From the NCBI GenBank assembly GCA_036337435.1, contig JAYZEG010000086.1, positions 1-61,322 of the forward strand: 61,322 nucleotides of DNA, in the 5' to 3' direction. The position numbers were made by a program, and so were the translations under genes. Within the stretch, counting starts at the first letter, position 1. Each line of letters starts with the position of its first letter. The stretch comes from Myxococcota bacterium (GTDB lineage Bacteria; Myxococcota_A; Bradymonadia; UBA7976; UBA1532). The notes beneath the pieces were generated by a model, which saw only the letters and a list, made by a program, of their open reading frames with translations, searched no databases and was not told the origin of the DNA. Positions 8,693 through 17,887 of the stretch are shown here, piece by piece.

Positions 8693-10494
8693 TTCGTCAT
8701 ACAAGTTTTATCTTACTTGTCCTCATAACGGGCCTTGGCTTAGCTCATGCTCAGCGGCCTCAAACCCCGCCGAGTGGATTCTCCATTCGTATTACGCCGT
8801 CGGACGCGAAACGGGATTCGTCGCTGCCCACCTCGGTAAATCCGCGGGGTGAAAAAGAAAGCCGGGTATCGAAGACAAAAACAAAGGCGTCCACGAAAGA
8901 GGCAAAAGCCCCCGAACGTCAATCCGGTCGACTCGACGTAACGACGGCTAATGAGGCCGAAGAGAAAGCCGGTCGCAAACGAAGGGCAAAAGCAAAGACT
9001 CGCAATTCAAAATCAAAGAAAGCCAAACGAAAGAAACGTAAAAAACGTTCCAAGAAAGCCGCTCGAAAAAACAAAAAAAGTCGGAAGAAAAAGCATACCC
9101 AAACGAGCAAGAAGGCGTCACCCAAACGCGCTAAAACAAAAAAGAAGGCGTCCAAGAAAAAGTCAAACTCGAAAGGCAGAAAACGTCGGTCCAATGATCG
9201 AAATGCGACGGTGGCAGCCATCACACCGACTTTAAAAGGAACGGGCGCGAGTTTTGCTGAAGCATCTCCATGGGGGCTTTTAGAAACAGTACCGATTCGG
9301 ATTGCTGCGCAAGTTCGAAATTACGTAGATGGCGAGGATGTAGACGTTAAATCCCACATCGAATTTGAGGGAACAAGTGCCGTGCCCACAGCTCGCAGTA
9401 TCGCTGCATTGGCCGCTTTCGCTGATTTTCTCAAAATGCGTTCGAATATCTTGCTGGTGCTCATAGAGGGTCATGGAGACCGGTTCGGCAACGTGAAACA
9501 AGACCACCTTTTGAGTCGAGCGCGGGCGAGTGCTGTTCGAGAGTTCCTCCTCAAAAAAGGGATTGAGCCAAACCGCCTGGTGGCATTCGGTGTTGGCAAT
9601 CAGTTTAAACGCAATTCGATAAGGACAGACGGACAACCCGGACCTGCAAAACAAGTTCACATCAGCTACGTGAAAGGCACACCGAGTAAGCGAGTCGCGT
9701 CAACGCGTTGGGACCAATTTGCGGTTGTCGACCTCAACGGTGTGGCGACCTATACACATCGCGCACAAAAGAGAGTGCTGCAAGTCAAAGATCAATTTGA
9801 CCCCACGGGCTTGGTGACGCTGAAGCCGAAGAGCCAGCTCACATTGCGCGCCCCAGATGGAACAACAATCGGCATGAGAGGAGCGTCGAGTATCGGATTA
9901 GACGCCGCTCGATTCTCGAATGTAGATAAAATGATCCAGGCAACGTTGCACTACGGCGAGGTCGTTATCCGCAATGACCCGTCTGACTCGCGCCGCTCGA
10001 AATTAAGCCTAGTGCTGGGCAATGGCCAGACGCTGACAGCTGGAACTGCGGTGATTCGGCTTGCCAAAACGAAGACACAAATTTGGCTTGCCATCGACAA
10101 AGGACATGTCCAAATTCAAGTCGGTAGAGTCAGCGGTCTGACCCTTGGAGAAGGGCAAGCCTATTTGTCGCTCAATGGAGCGACTTCGGTCTGGCGTCAG
10201 CTAGAAGCACCGTCGATCCTAACGCAAACAACTGGCCTTCCCCCAGCGAACAAAACATTGAGCTGGAAAAGTAATCCAAATGCCGCTGCGTATCGTATTG
10301 AGTTTTCAGAAAGCAGTAAATTCGCCACGACAGTCTTTAGCGCAATGACAACAGGCAGTGAATTCAAACTCAGCGATGAGCTCCCGACGGGCCCGCTTTT
10401 TTGGCGGGTGTCACCGGTCGATGAACGAGGGATCCCGGGACAGTACTCAGTCATCTATACCGTAGACAAAGATCTCAAACGGCCAAGCAACTAG
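8689..10494 (+). CDS. Exported protein: Lys/Arg-rich tract, OmpA-like domain, FecR-like domain and FN3-like C-terminus
   Basis: ATGA overlap and signal peptide. IEGHGD...LSRARASAVREFLLKKGI (OmpA); VVDLNG...SQLTLRAPDGTTIGM (FecR-like); LSWK...YRIEFS...FWRVSPVD (FN3-like). Confidence 0.75.
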   Translation: MIRHTSFILLVLITGLGLAHAQRPQTPPSGFSIRITPSDAKRDSSLPTSVNPRGEKESRVSKTKTKASTKEAKAPERQSGRLDVTTANEAEEKAGRKRRAKAKTRNSKSKKAKRKKRKKRSKKAARKNKKSRKKKHTQTSKKASPKRAKTKKKASKKKSNSKGRKRRSNDRNATVAAITPTLKGTGASFAEASPWGLLETVPIRIAAQVRNYVDGEDVDVKSHIEFEGTSAVPTARSIAALAAFADFLKMRSNILLVLIEGHGDRFGNVKQDHLLSRARASAVREFLLKKGIEPNRLVAFGVGNQFKRNSIRTDGQPGPAKQVHISYVKGTPSKRVASTRWDQFAVVDLNGVATYTHRAQKRVLQVKDQFDPTGLVTLKPKSQLTLRAPDGTTIGMRGASSIGLDAARFSNVDKMIQATLHYGEVVIRNDPSDSRRSKLSLVLGNGQTLTAGTAVIRLAKTKTQIWLAIDKGHVQIQVGRVSGLTLGEGQAYLSLNGATSVWRQLEAPSILTQTTGLPPANKTLSWKSNPNAAAYRIEFSESSKFATTVFSAMTTGSEFKLSDELPTGPLFWRVSPVDERGIPGQYSVIYTVDKDLKRPSN

Positions 10495-10496
10495 CC

Positions 10497-12569
10497 TCAC
10501 GAAGGGCTAGACTCGTGTTCTTCAAGAGCAGCCCCGGCCGTTTCCCAATCGGCATATGCTTTTTCCAATCGACGCTCGACCGTAGACGCATGTTGAGCGA
10601 CGCGGCGAACAATCTCGGCATCACTGTAATGGTCTGGTTGCGCTTGTGTAAGCCTCAAGGATTCGAGTTCACTCTCAAGCTCAGTGACCAACTGTTCAGC
10701 ACTCGCATATGCTTTTCGTAATCGCCGACTGTCGATTGATTTGCTTTGTCGAAGCTCCGCATCTCGGCGTTTCTCTTCCTTCGTCTTTCGTTTCGGTACA
10801 CCGGAACCACCTGTCCAGTTAATGCTCATGCCTGGCTCGGGCTTAGAGTCAGTCGGCTGTACTGGCAGGCGGGCCGTACCACTTTCTACGGACGTTGTAG
10901 GCTGTCGAGACGGAGCCATCTTTGACGATGGTGAGCGCTCAGAGTGAAGTGGCAACGGTTCGGGGCGGTCCCCTTTTTCGATCCGGTCGAGATAGTCACT
11001 GTAACTGCCCAGAAATGGAGTAATTCGGCCTTCTTCAATTTCCCAGACCTCAGTACAGACAGCGTCGAGAAAATGTCGGTCATGGCTGATCACAACCATC
11101 GTCCCATCAAAGGCTGAAAGGGCTTCTTCCAAAACTGCACGACTGGCCATATCTAGGTGATTCGTCGGCTCGTCCAAAAGCAAGAGATTGACGGGCGTAA
11201 GCAACATTTTCACGAGAGTTACCCGGGCCTTTTCACCGCCACTCAGGACATCGATCTGCTTCTCTACGTCATCGCCACCAAATAAGAAGGCACCAAGCAT
11301 TGAACGAAGCTGCGTGATACTCAAATCTTGAGTGTCATCACGCACTTCCTGAAGCACATTATTCTTCGGGTTGAGTGTCTCCAACTGATGCTGCGCAAAA
11401 TAATACAAGCGGGCACCGAACCCCAACTCCCTCGTGCCAGATGATGAAGGGACGACGCCCGCTAACATCTTCAATAAGGTTGATTTACCTGCCCCGTTTG
11501 GTCCGACGAGTGCAATTTTCTGTTCTCGCAGCAGCTGTAGGTCTAATCCAGCATAGACATGCTTGTCACCATAGGCTTTCGACACATCAAACATGGATAA
11601 AACAACGCGACCGCTTTTGGGAGGGGCAGGTAATGTAAACTGAATCGTTCGACTGTCACTGGTGAGTTCGACCCGTTCCATTTTTTCAAGTGCTTTAACT
11701 CGACTTTGAACCTGCTTTGCCTTTGTGGCTTTTGCACGAAAACGCTCGATGAAACGTTCCATATCAGCCGCCCGCCGTTGTAGGTTTTTGTGGCGCCGTT
11801 CTAACAGTGCCCGTTCTTCCTCAGCTTGGCGTAAATACGCCTCAAAATTGCCCGTGTAGACCCTCAAGCCATGACTGGAAAGTTCAGCGATATGGGAAGC
11901 AAGCTTATTGAGAAACCAACGATCATGGCTAATGAAAACCAAGCTTCCGCGATACGCCTGCAGAAAACCTTCAAGCCAAACCAAGGACTCCAAGTCAAGG
12001 TGGTTTGTCGGCTCATCGAGCAACAAGATATCAGGCTCTTGAAGCAATAGCCTTGCCAACACGACACGCATCTGCCAACCGCCGCTTAATTCGCCACAAT
12101 CTCGATCGAAATCCGCAACTTTGAAGCCCAAGCCAGACAAGACCTCGTCAACACGGCTATCCATTCGGAAACCACCATCACGCTCAAACTCGGCTTGAAG
12201 TGTTCCGTAGGTCTGCATAAGCTGCTCAAGTTCACGGTCTGTTTCCGTCGCCATCGCTTCTTCAAGGTCGGCTAGCTGAGCCTCTACCCGCAAGAGGTCT
12301 GACAAGCCAGAGCGCACTTCGTCCCGTACAGTTCGACCGGCGAGTGTGGCAATGTCCTGCCGCAGATAACCAAAGGTCCGATTTTTCGCGATAACAATGT
12401 CACCAGCGTCGGGGAGTTCATCCCCCACAACGATTTTCATCAGGGTTGTCTTGCCTGCGCCGTTCGGACCGATGAGACCGACGCGTTGGCCCGGTTTTAT
12501 GTGCCAAGACAGGTCTCGAAAGATCTCCTGTGTTCCGAACCGTTTTTCAATTCCCGTGAGGTGAATCAT
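10497..12569 (-). CDS. ABC-F family ATPase (Uup/YheS-like)
   Basis: Two ABC cassettes (GPNGAGKT/LSGGW/LLDEPTNHLD and GPNGAGKS/LSGGE/LLDEPTNHLD), a linker, a C-terminal coiled coil and no TM segments. Confidence 0.95.
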   Translation of the reverse strand: MIHLTGIEKRFGTQEIFRDLSWHIKPGQRVGLIGPNGAGKTTLMKIVVGDELPDAGDIVIAKNRTFGYLRQDIATLAGRTVRDEVRSGLSDLLRVEAQLADLEEAMATETDRELEQLMQTYGTLQAEFERDGGFRMDSRVDEVLSGLGFKVADFDRDCGELSGGWQMRVVLARLLLQEPDILLLDEPTNHLDLESLVWLEGFLQAYRGSLVFISHDRWFLNKLASHIAELSSHGLRVYTGNFEAYLRQAEEERALLERRHKNLQRRAADMERFIERFRAKATKAKQVQSRVKALEKMERVELTSDSRTIQFTLPAPPKSGRVVLSMFDVSKAYGDKHVYAGLDLQLLREQKIALVGPNGAGKSTLLKMLAGVVPSSSGTRELGFGARLYYFAQHQLETLNPKNNVLQEVRDDTQDLSITQLRSMLGAFLFGGDDVEKQIDVLSGGEKARVTLVKMLLTPVNLLLLDEPTNHLDMASRAVLEEALSAFDGTMVVISHDRHFLDAVCTEVWEIEEGRITPFLGSYSDYLDRIEKGDRPEPLPLHSERSPSSKMAPSRQPTTSVESGTARLPVQPTDSKPEPGMSINWTGGSGVPKRKTKEEKRRDAELRQSKSIDSRRLRKAYASAEQLVTELESELESLRLTQAQPDHYSDAEIVRRVAQHASTVERRLEKAYADWETAGAALEEHESSPS

Positions 12570-12605
12570 TCCGCGTACAAACGAGCGAGTCGAGCCTGTT
12601 GCAGG

Positions 12606-14573
12606 CTAGCGTTTCTTGGACAGGGCAATGGCCGCGCGAGCTGCTTGGACACGGGCCAGTGGCGACTTTTCGTTCAAACCAGCCAGGACTGTTTCTAACA
12701 GTGCTTTAGACGCATGTTGACGTAAAGCATTATATCCCTCGGCCCGGACCATACCAAAGCGGTGCTTGATTGCAGCTCGATAGGTTGGGATGGATTTGGC
12801 ACCGCGAATCGATGCCAAGGCCGATATACTTGCCTTGACCGTGGCTTCATCGTCGCTCGTCTCAAAAACAGTCAATAGACGAGTAGATGCTTGATTCCCA
12901 CGCATCTTCAATTCTTCTACAGCTGCCGCTCGCTGCTCTTTTTGACCACGCGTCGCAAGGTGCATCAAAATGTCCAGTGGCAGCGATGCGTTCTTGCTCA
13001 AGAGCCTGAGCTGCTCTGGGGTAAGCCAACTCACAGCACTTCTCGAAAATTCACTCACATATTCTTTCGGCGATGTTTTCAATAAAGCCGTCCAAACTGT
13101 AAATCGAAGCTCCAAGTCCCTATCGTTCCTCAGAAGTCGGAGTAGGACAGTCGCTCGGTTGCCGCCGACAGCCGCAATGGCTCGTGCTGCTCGTTTCTTG
13201 AGTTCTAACTTTGGACTTTGAATCAAAAATTGGAGGTAATTGATAATCTCTGGTGTTCCGATGCGAGCCAATCCATCGACGAATGCCAATTTTGCCTCAA
13301 CGTCAGGTTCCCGTCGTAAGAGCTGACCGATTAACTTTTCGTCGCCTCGACGGGCCAACAAGCCGATGCCAAGTGCTGCGGCCCGCCTAATTTCCGCACG
13401 TCCCTCGCTCATTGCTGCAATAAATGAACGCTGACTTTTGCGATGACCCAAACGACCCAGAGTTGCCATCGCAGCGATTCTCACTTTTGTGAGTTCGCTC
13501 TGCGCACACTCAATCAGCAATTTATACACCTCAGGTTCATTATTTGCCTTGGCCCATTCTTCTAGCCATGCGAATGCCGCATCCACCTCGGCCTGTTCAT
13601 CGATGCTCATCAAAAGCGCCTTGAATTTAAGCTTAAATTTTTGAGAGAGCGTCCGCGTGAGGAGATTGGTGTCGCGTACCTTCCGCATCCCCTTCCAAGC
13701 CATCAAACGTTCTCCTGACTTGGGTGTGTATCTTGGATTGAACGTTCCGAGGAGGGACTCTTTGACCAAGGTTCCATGACCCCGGACGCCGAGAATGTAG
13801 GCCAGGGGGAGTTCCTTATCGAATTGTCCTTGGTGCTTTCGATGGGATGCCTTCATTTTATTTTCAAATTTTTTAGTCCCCCGCCCTAAGTCGACCTCCG
13901 CCAAATAATCGCGCGCCAAACTGCCGAGCTGTGTTTTGTCGTAAATTTTGCCCATCGCCCAGTTTAGAGCAGCCGGATGCCGAAAGGTTTGGAGAGCTTT
14001 GAGTGCTTCTTGATGTTCCGGTTCGCCTTCTTTTTCGGCAAGGCCGGCCTGAATGACCTTCCAAGCGGCCTTCCCGCCACTGGCTATTAAATTTTTTCGT
14101 GCTGCCTGCCGCGCATCTTTCGAACCGACCTTGGAAGCGGACTTCATCCATTTCGCACGGTCGGTCGACTTGATTCCTTTCTCGAGTAGGCTTCGACCCC
14201 TCAGCCGATCATCTTCTCCGGCTGATTCAAGGAGTGCTTTCAAAACCTTATCGGCCGCTTTTTTTATTTTCTTCGTGCGACTGCGAAGTCCGGCGAGAAC
14301 AGCTGCGTCTCGTATGTCAGCATCGCGCTCAGCCATTCCCTTCATAATGGCCCGGTCGACATCCTTCCCGGATAATTCCATTCGAGCGACAAAGACGTTC
14401 ATTCGAACTTCCGAGTCCGCGCTTTCGCCCAGTTCTTCAAGTGCTAAGCGAATGGTCTCGTGCGTTTTCTGGGCCGTCGCTTTCGTGCCTGTTTTTTTCT
14501 TGGCAACCGCTGGAGTGGACGTTAAGGCCAAGAAACTAATCAGCAGAAGAGAGTGGGTTCGGATCGACAGCAT
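12606..14573 (-). CDS. Exported HEAT-repeat protein
   Basis: AAGGAG RBS, signal peptide ending in AVA, and repeated VRxAA/IRRAAALGIG helical units. Confidence 0.75.
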   Translation of the reverse strand: MLSIRTHSLLLISFLALTSTPAVAKKKTGTKATAQKTHETIRLALEELGESADSEVRMNVFVARMELSGKDVDRAIMKGMAERDADIRDAAVLAGLRSRTKKIKKAADKVLKALLESAGEDDRLRGRSLLEKGIKSTDRAKWMKSASKVGSKDARQAARKNLIASGGKAAWKVIQAGLAEKEGEPEHQEALKALQTFRHPAALNWAMGKIYDKTQLGSLARDYLAEVDLGRGTKKFENKMKASHRKHQGQFDKELPLAYILGVRGHGTLVKESLLGTFNPRYTPKSGERLMAWKGMRKVRDTNLLTRTLSQKFKLKFKALLMSIDEQAEVDAAFAWLEEWAKANNEPEVYKLLIECAQSELTKVRIAAMATLGRLGHRKSQRSFIAAMSEGRAEIRRAAALGIGLLARRGDEKLIGQLLRREPDVEAKLAFVDGLARIGTPEIINYLQFLIQSPKLELKKRAARAIAAVGGNRATVLLRLLRNDRDLELRFTVWTALLKTSPKEYVSEFSRSAVSWLTPEQLRLLSKNASLPLDILMHLATRGQKEQRAAAVEELKMRGNQASTRLLTVFETSDDEATVKASISALASIRGAKSIPTYRAAIKHRFGMVRAEGYNALRQHASKALLETVLAGLNEKSPLARVQAARAAIALSKKR

Positions 14574-14857
14574 TTTAATGATCTCCTTGATGAACAGGTG
14601 AACGCATCCGACAGCTCACGATTGAGGAATGCGGCTTCAAAGCGTCCCGCAGTCTCGGACTCTAATTCTCCAATAGTCGGGATAGCATAGGGGCCAATAG
14701 GCGGCAACTGAGAAACATTGATCGGTGCGTTTGGCGAAGTCGAGAGTGCACCAATTTGAAGTTGACGCCGGCATTGCCACCGGGATGTGGCAATGCGATG
14801 CCGGCTCAATTAATTTCAGTGGGTCAATCTGGACCCGAGAAACCATGGGGAGTGCGT

Positions 14858-15862
14858 CTACTCACTGAGCCCCAAGGTGGCTGGTGAGGACGCACCATCA
14901 ACCGTTCCCTTTTCAACATATCGCCGAATGAGGACAGCTTCGGCGTTCCCAAGCTTCGTGGGTGCGATCATTTTGACGGGCGTCCGCCAGCGATCATTGG
15001 CAATCCAAATCGTCCCTTTTCGGATTGGGTTATTGAGTACGCTGCGCTTGATGAAACCACCACTCACTCGAGTCGTAATTTCAATTCGCAGCGTCTCGAA
15101 GACACCCGCATCAGTCGTTACAGTTTCGACGCCAACCACCTTGCAATCGATGAGGCGTTCCTTTCGCCCATCCCAAATGTACCTTTGGAAGCGATCGCCA
15201 GGCTTCAAATCCATTCGGCGAACGGCGTACACTGAACCCAGCGGCTCGTGAATATCGGTCGCGGGTGTGAAGTTGCGCTTCTGTCGCTTGCCATTTTTCA
15301 GCTTGAGGGAGTTCAAAAGCCGCTTTTTGTGGTTAAACTCTGTATGATAATCGATCGCTTTACCGTTCTCTCTGACAAAAAAGTCGGTCTTTGTGGGCAG
15401 CAGCGTTTTAGAATCAGCGAGAACAACGAGGCGGTTCTCAACCGGGTAAAACTTATTTAGAAACTCACTGCTGCGCATGAAGCCCACAAAAGGGGTCTGG
15501 GTGCGTCCATTTTGCTCGGTCTTGTCGCCTACAGCCAGAATCACATTGCCCGCATGAGACCCGAACATTTGAATCTTGAAAACCAACCGTTCCCCAGATT
15601 CGTAGGGCGCGGGTCCTATTTTAGGAAGAATTCCCTTCAGTTTCTTAGGTCTGCGCGTTGGCCATTTCTGCCGTTTAGACACCCGCTTCAACCGTATCTT
15701 ACGAATACGTTTTTTAAAATTGGGGATTGTCTTCATCTTGCTGGGGACTGATTTAACCCGTTTCACAGGCGAGGTTGGGGTCTTTCCGTTCGCTATGTTG
15801 ACCAGCCCCAGGGTAGAAATGAACAAAATGGCACACCCTGAGAAGAATAATTTGGCTTTCAT
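14858..15862 (-). CDS. DUF3108-like exported protein
   Basis: Signal peptide; GERLVFKI, EPLGSVYAVR, ETVTTDAGVFET and IWIANDRWRTPVKM match the DUF3108 pattern. Confidence 0.75.
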   Translation of the reverse strand: MKAKLFFSGCAILFISTLGLVNIANGKTPTSPVKRVKSVPSKMKTIPNFKKRIRKIRLKRVSKRQKWPTRRPKKLKGILPKIGPAPYESGERLVFKIQMFGSHAGNVILAVGDKTEQNGRTQTPFVGFMRSSEFLNKFYPVENRLVVLADSKTLLPTKTDFFVRENGKAIDYHTEFNHKKRLLNSLKLKNGKRQKRNFTPATDIHEPLGSVYAVRRMDLKPGDRFQRYIWDGRKERLIDCKVVGVETVTTDAGVFETLRIEITTRVSGGFIKRSVLNNPIRKGTIWIANDRWRTPVKMIAPTKLGNAEAVLIRRYVEKGTVDGASSPATLGLSE

Positions 15863-15928
15863 GATTTATTACCTCTGAGAAAGTCTACTTGGCGGCCCTG
15901 ACGGCATGAGTGGCCAATCTATTCAGAT

Positions 15929-17200
15929 TTATGCTGCAATCTCTTTTTTTAGAAAGTCGATGAAGGCGTCGACCGTCCCATCAGACGGCAACTCCCCACG
16001 TAAAACGGCTTGCTCACAACGGCGGCGCAGTTCGCCAACGCGCGGTCCTGGCATGACACCCAACCGGTCAATAATGACCTGCCCCAAGCCTGTTGGAACG
16101 AGAGTTTTTTTCGTCGTCATCCGTTTTAGCTCATTCTCAACTCTGGTGGTCAGCTCTCGGAGCCTAAACAGGGTTTTTCGGCGAGTTTCGCTGCGTTTGG
16201 TCGTTATATCGGCCTTCGCGAGTTGCAGCAATTCGGGAAGTGCCGGTTTGAGCTGCGTAGCAAATCGACGTATGGCTGCGTCGGACCAACTCGGATCGTA
16301 CATCGCTGGTCTCAAATGATACAAGATGAGAAGGCGAATCTTCTCGGCGACTGGTTCAGCAAACTCCAAGCGAGCCGAGATCCCGTCAAAAATATAAGCA
16401 CCGACGGCATCATGCCGCAAAAACTGAACTTTACCATTTGGCGTGACGGAGCGCGTTTGAAACTTACCGACGTCGTGAAGGAGTGCCGCCCATCGCAGAA
16501 CTGGTGTCGGCTTCGCTTGCTGAACGACCTGTCTTGTATGGTTCCAGACGTCTTTGTGATGGGCTTTACTCGATAGATGAAAGTCGACCAAAACATCCAC
16601 CTCGGGCAGCAAAAAGGCGAGTAACCGAGTGCTCTGGAGGTAACCGAGAGCCTGATAGACCCCCCGACCCATAAGCAGCTGCGTCAGCCAGTGCCTGACC
16701 TCTGAGCGAGGTGCCTCGTAGACCCGATGCACGTTCTCTTTTATAAGGCCCAATGTTTCCGGTGAAATCTCCGCTTTGCTTTCACTGGCTAAAGCGATGG
16801 TTTGAAGACCAATTAACGGTCTTTTAATCATATCATTCGGGCATACGGAGAGGACAAGAGACGCGAGCTGGTCTCGCCCATTCAGCGGATCCAAAACAGT
16901 TTGATCCGGTAGAATACCGATGGCATCGACAGCAATGACCCGATCCGCCAAGTGCGCTGCTATATCACGGTCAACGCATTCTATGAGCCAGTCTTCTGAA
17001 ATAAACGAATTGGGTTTGTCGCCAAGATGCCCGATATCAACCCCTGCTGAATGCAGCGACTCAAAAGTAGCCTGCACCAGCAGTTCGGGCCGTGAATGCA
17101 GTGGCGTACCGATGAGACTGTGCCGAACGGACGTGCCAACGAGGGCGTACGGATACGAGCGACACCATTGGGGTAGTTGTGGGAGAACCGCCGATTTCAT
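15929..17200 (-). CDS. CCA-adding enzyme/poly(A) polymerase family homologue with HD domain; nucleotidyltransferase motifs degenerate
   Basis: HHKDVWNHT, LLHDVGK, RHDAVGA, YHLR and ADITTK (HD domain). The N-terminus LVGTSVRH...RPE lacks the DxD pair. Confidence 0.8.
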   Translation of the reverse strand: MKSAVLPQLPQWCRSYPYALVGTSVRHSLIGTPLHSRPELLVQATFESLHSAGVDIGHLGDKPNSFISEDWLIECVDRDIAAHLADRVIAVDAIGILPDQTVLDPLNGRDQLASLVLSVCPNDMIKRPLIGLQTIALASESKAEISPETLGLIKENVHRVYEAPRSEVRHWLTQLLMGRGVYQALGYLQSTRLLAFLLPEVDVLVDFHLSSKAHHKDVWNHTRQVVQQAKPTPVLRWAALLHDVGKFQTRSVTPNGKVQFLRHDAVGAYIFDGISARLEFAEPVAEKIRLLILYHLRPAMYDPSWSDAAIRRFATQLKPALPELLQLAKADITTKRSETRRKTLFRLRELTTRVENELKRMTTKKTLVPTGLGQVIIDRLGVMPGPRVGELRRRCEQAVLRGELPSDGTVDAFIDFLKKEIAA

Positions 17201-17321
17201 ACAGATACGCTACCGAATTTTACTTCAGCGAACAATCAATTGCTGGCGTGGTGATGAGAACAGATACGCAGTGAAACTGCCTGAGCTGGGCCATTCCCGT
17301 ATCCGTCGGCGAGAAAAATAC

Positions 17322-17654
17322 TTAAGACGCTGTTTGGTCAATGAATGCGTTAAAGCGGCAGCGTTCACGAGGACTCATGTACTTAAAGCGATAACCACGA
17401 AGCCGTGTTCCCGAGTCATCTTCGCGTTCATAACGCAACTCTCCGAGGGCGCGAATTGGTTGTCCTCCCTCCTGTGGCAAGGAGAACGAAAGCCAGACAT
17501 GCCGAGGTTTGCCCCAGCCAAATCCCGGGGTACCAAGAAGCTGTATTCCGCCCCGGCTGACATCATTGCTGAGACATAAGCAGCTTTCGGATTCGCCTAA
17601 AATGTGTTCGACGTCAAACTGCACGTTCGTACGTATGGATTTCCGTTTTTCCAT
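17322..17654 (-). CDS. PilZ domain protein (c-di-GMP receptor candidate)
   Basis: AGGAG RBS before ATG 17654; RKSIR (RxxxR) and DVSRGG (DxSxxG). Confidence 0.85.
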   Translation of the reverse strand: MEKRKSIRTNVQFDVEHILGESESCLCLSNDVSRGGIQLLGTPGFGWGKPRHVWLSFSLPQEGGQPIRALGELRYEREDDSGTRLRGYRFKYMSPRERCRFNAFIDQTAS

Positions 17655-17887
17655 GGTTTGTCTGCTCCTGATGTCGGTAACTGTCAGCAATGTACTTACA
17701 TATACTACATCAACTGACACAACTGTGCAAGCCTGAAGAAAGGACAAAACCACCCGAACAAAAGCAAAAAGTGCAACTGGGTTCCCTTGATCCACTGGCT
17801 TGATCGGTGTATCTTCACCAACCTAAGCTTGGTTTAGCTATAGATTCCAGGCATTTAGAGAACTTAGACGCCAAAGGGAACACCATT

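Noticed and set aside
16920..17579. Long antisense or alternate-frame ORFs (e.g. 16920-17579, 23336-23938, 34585-35247, 43099-43797, 57954-58577)
   Set aside because: They shadow well-supported genes on the other strand and lack recognisable motifs.
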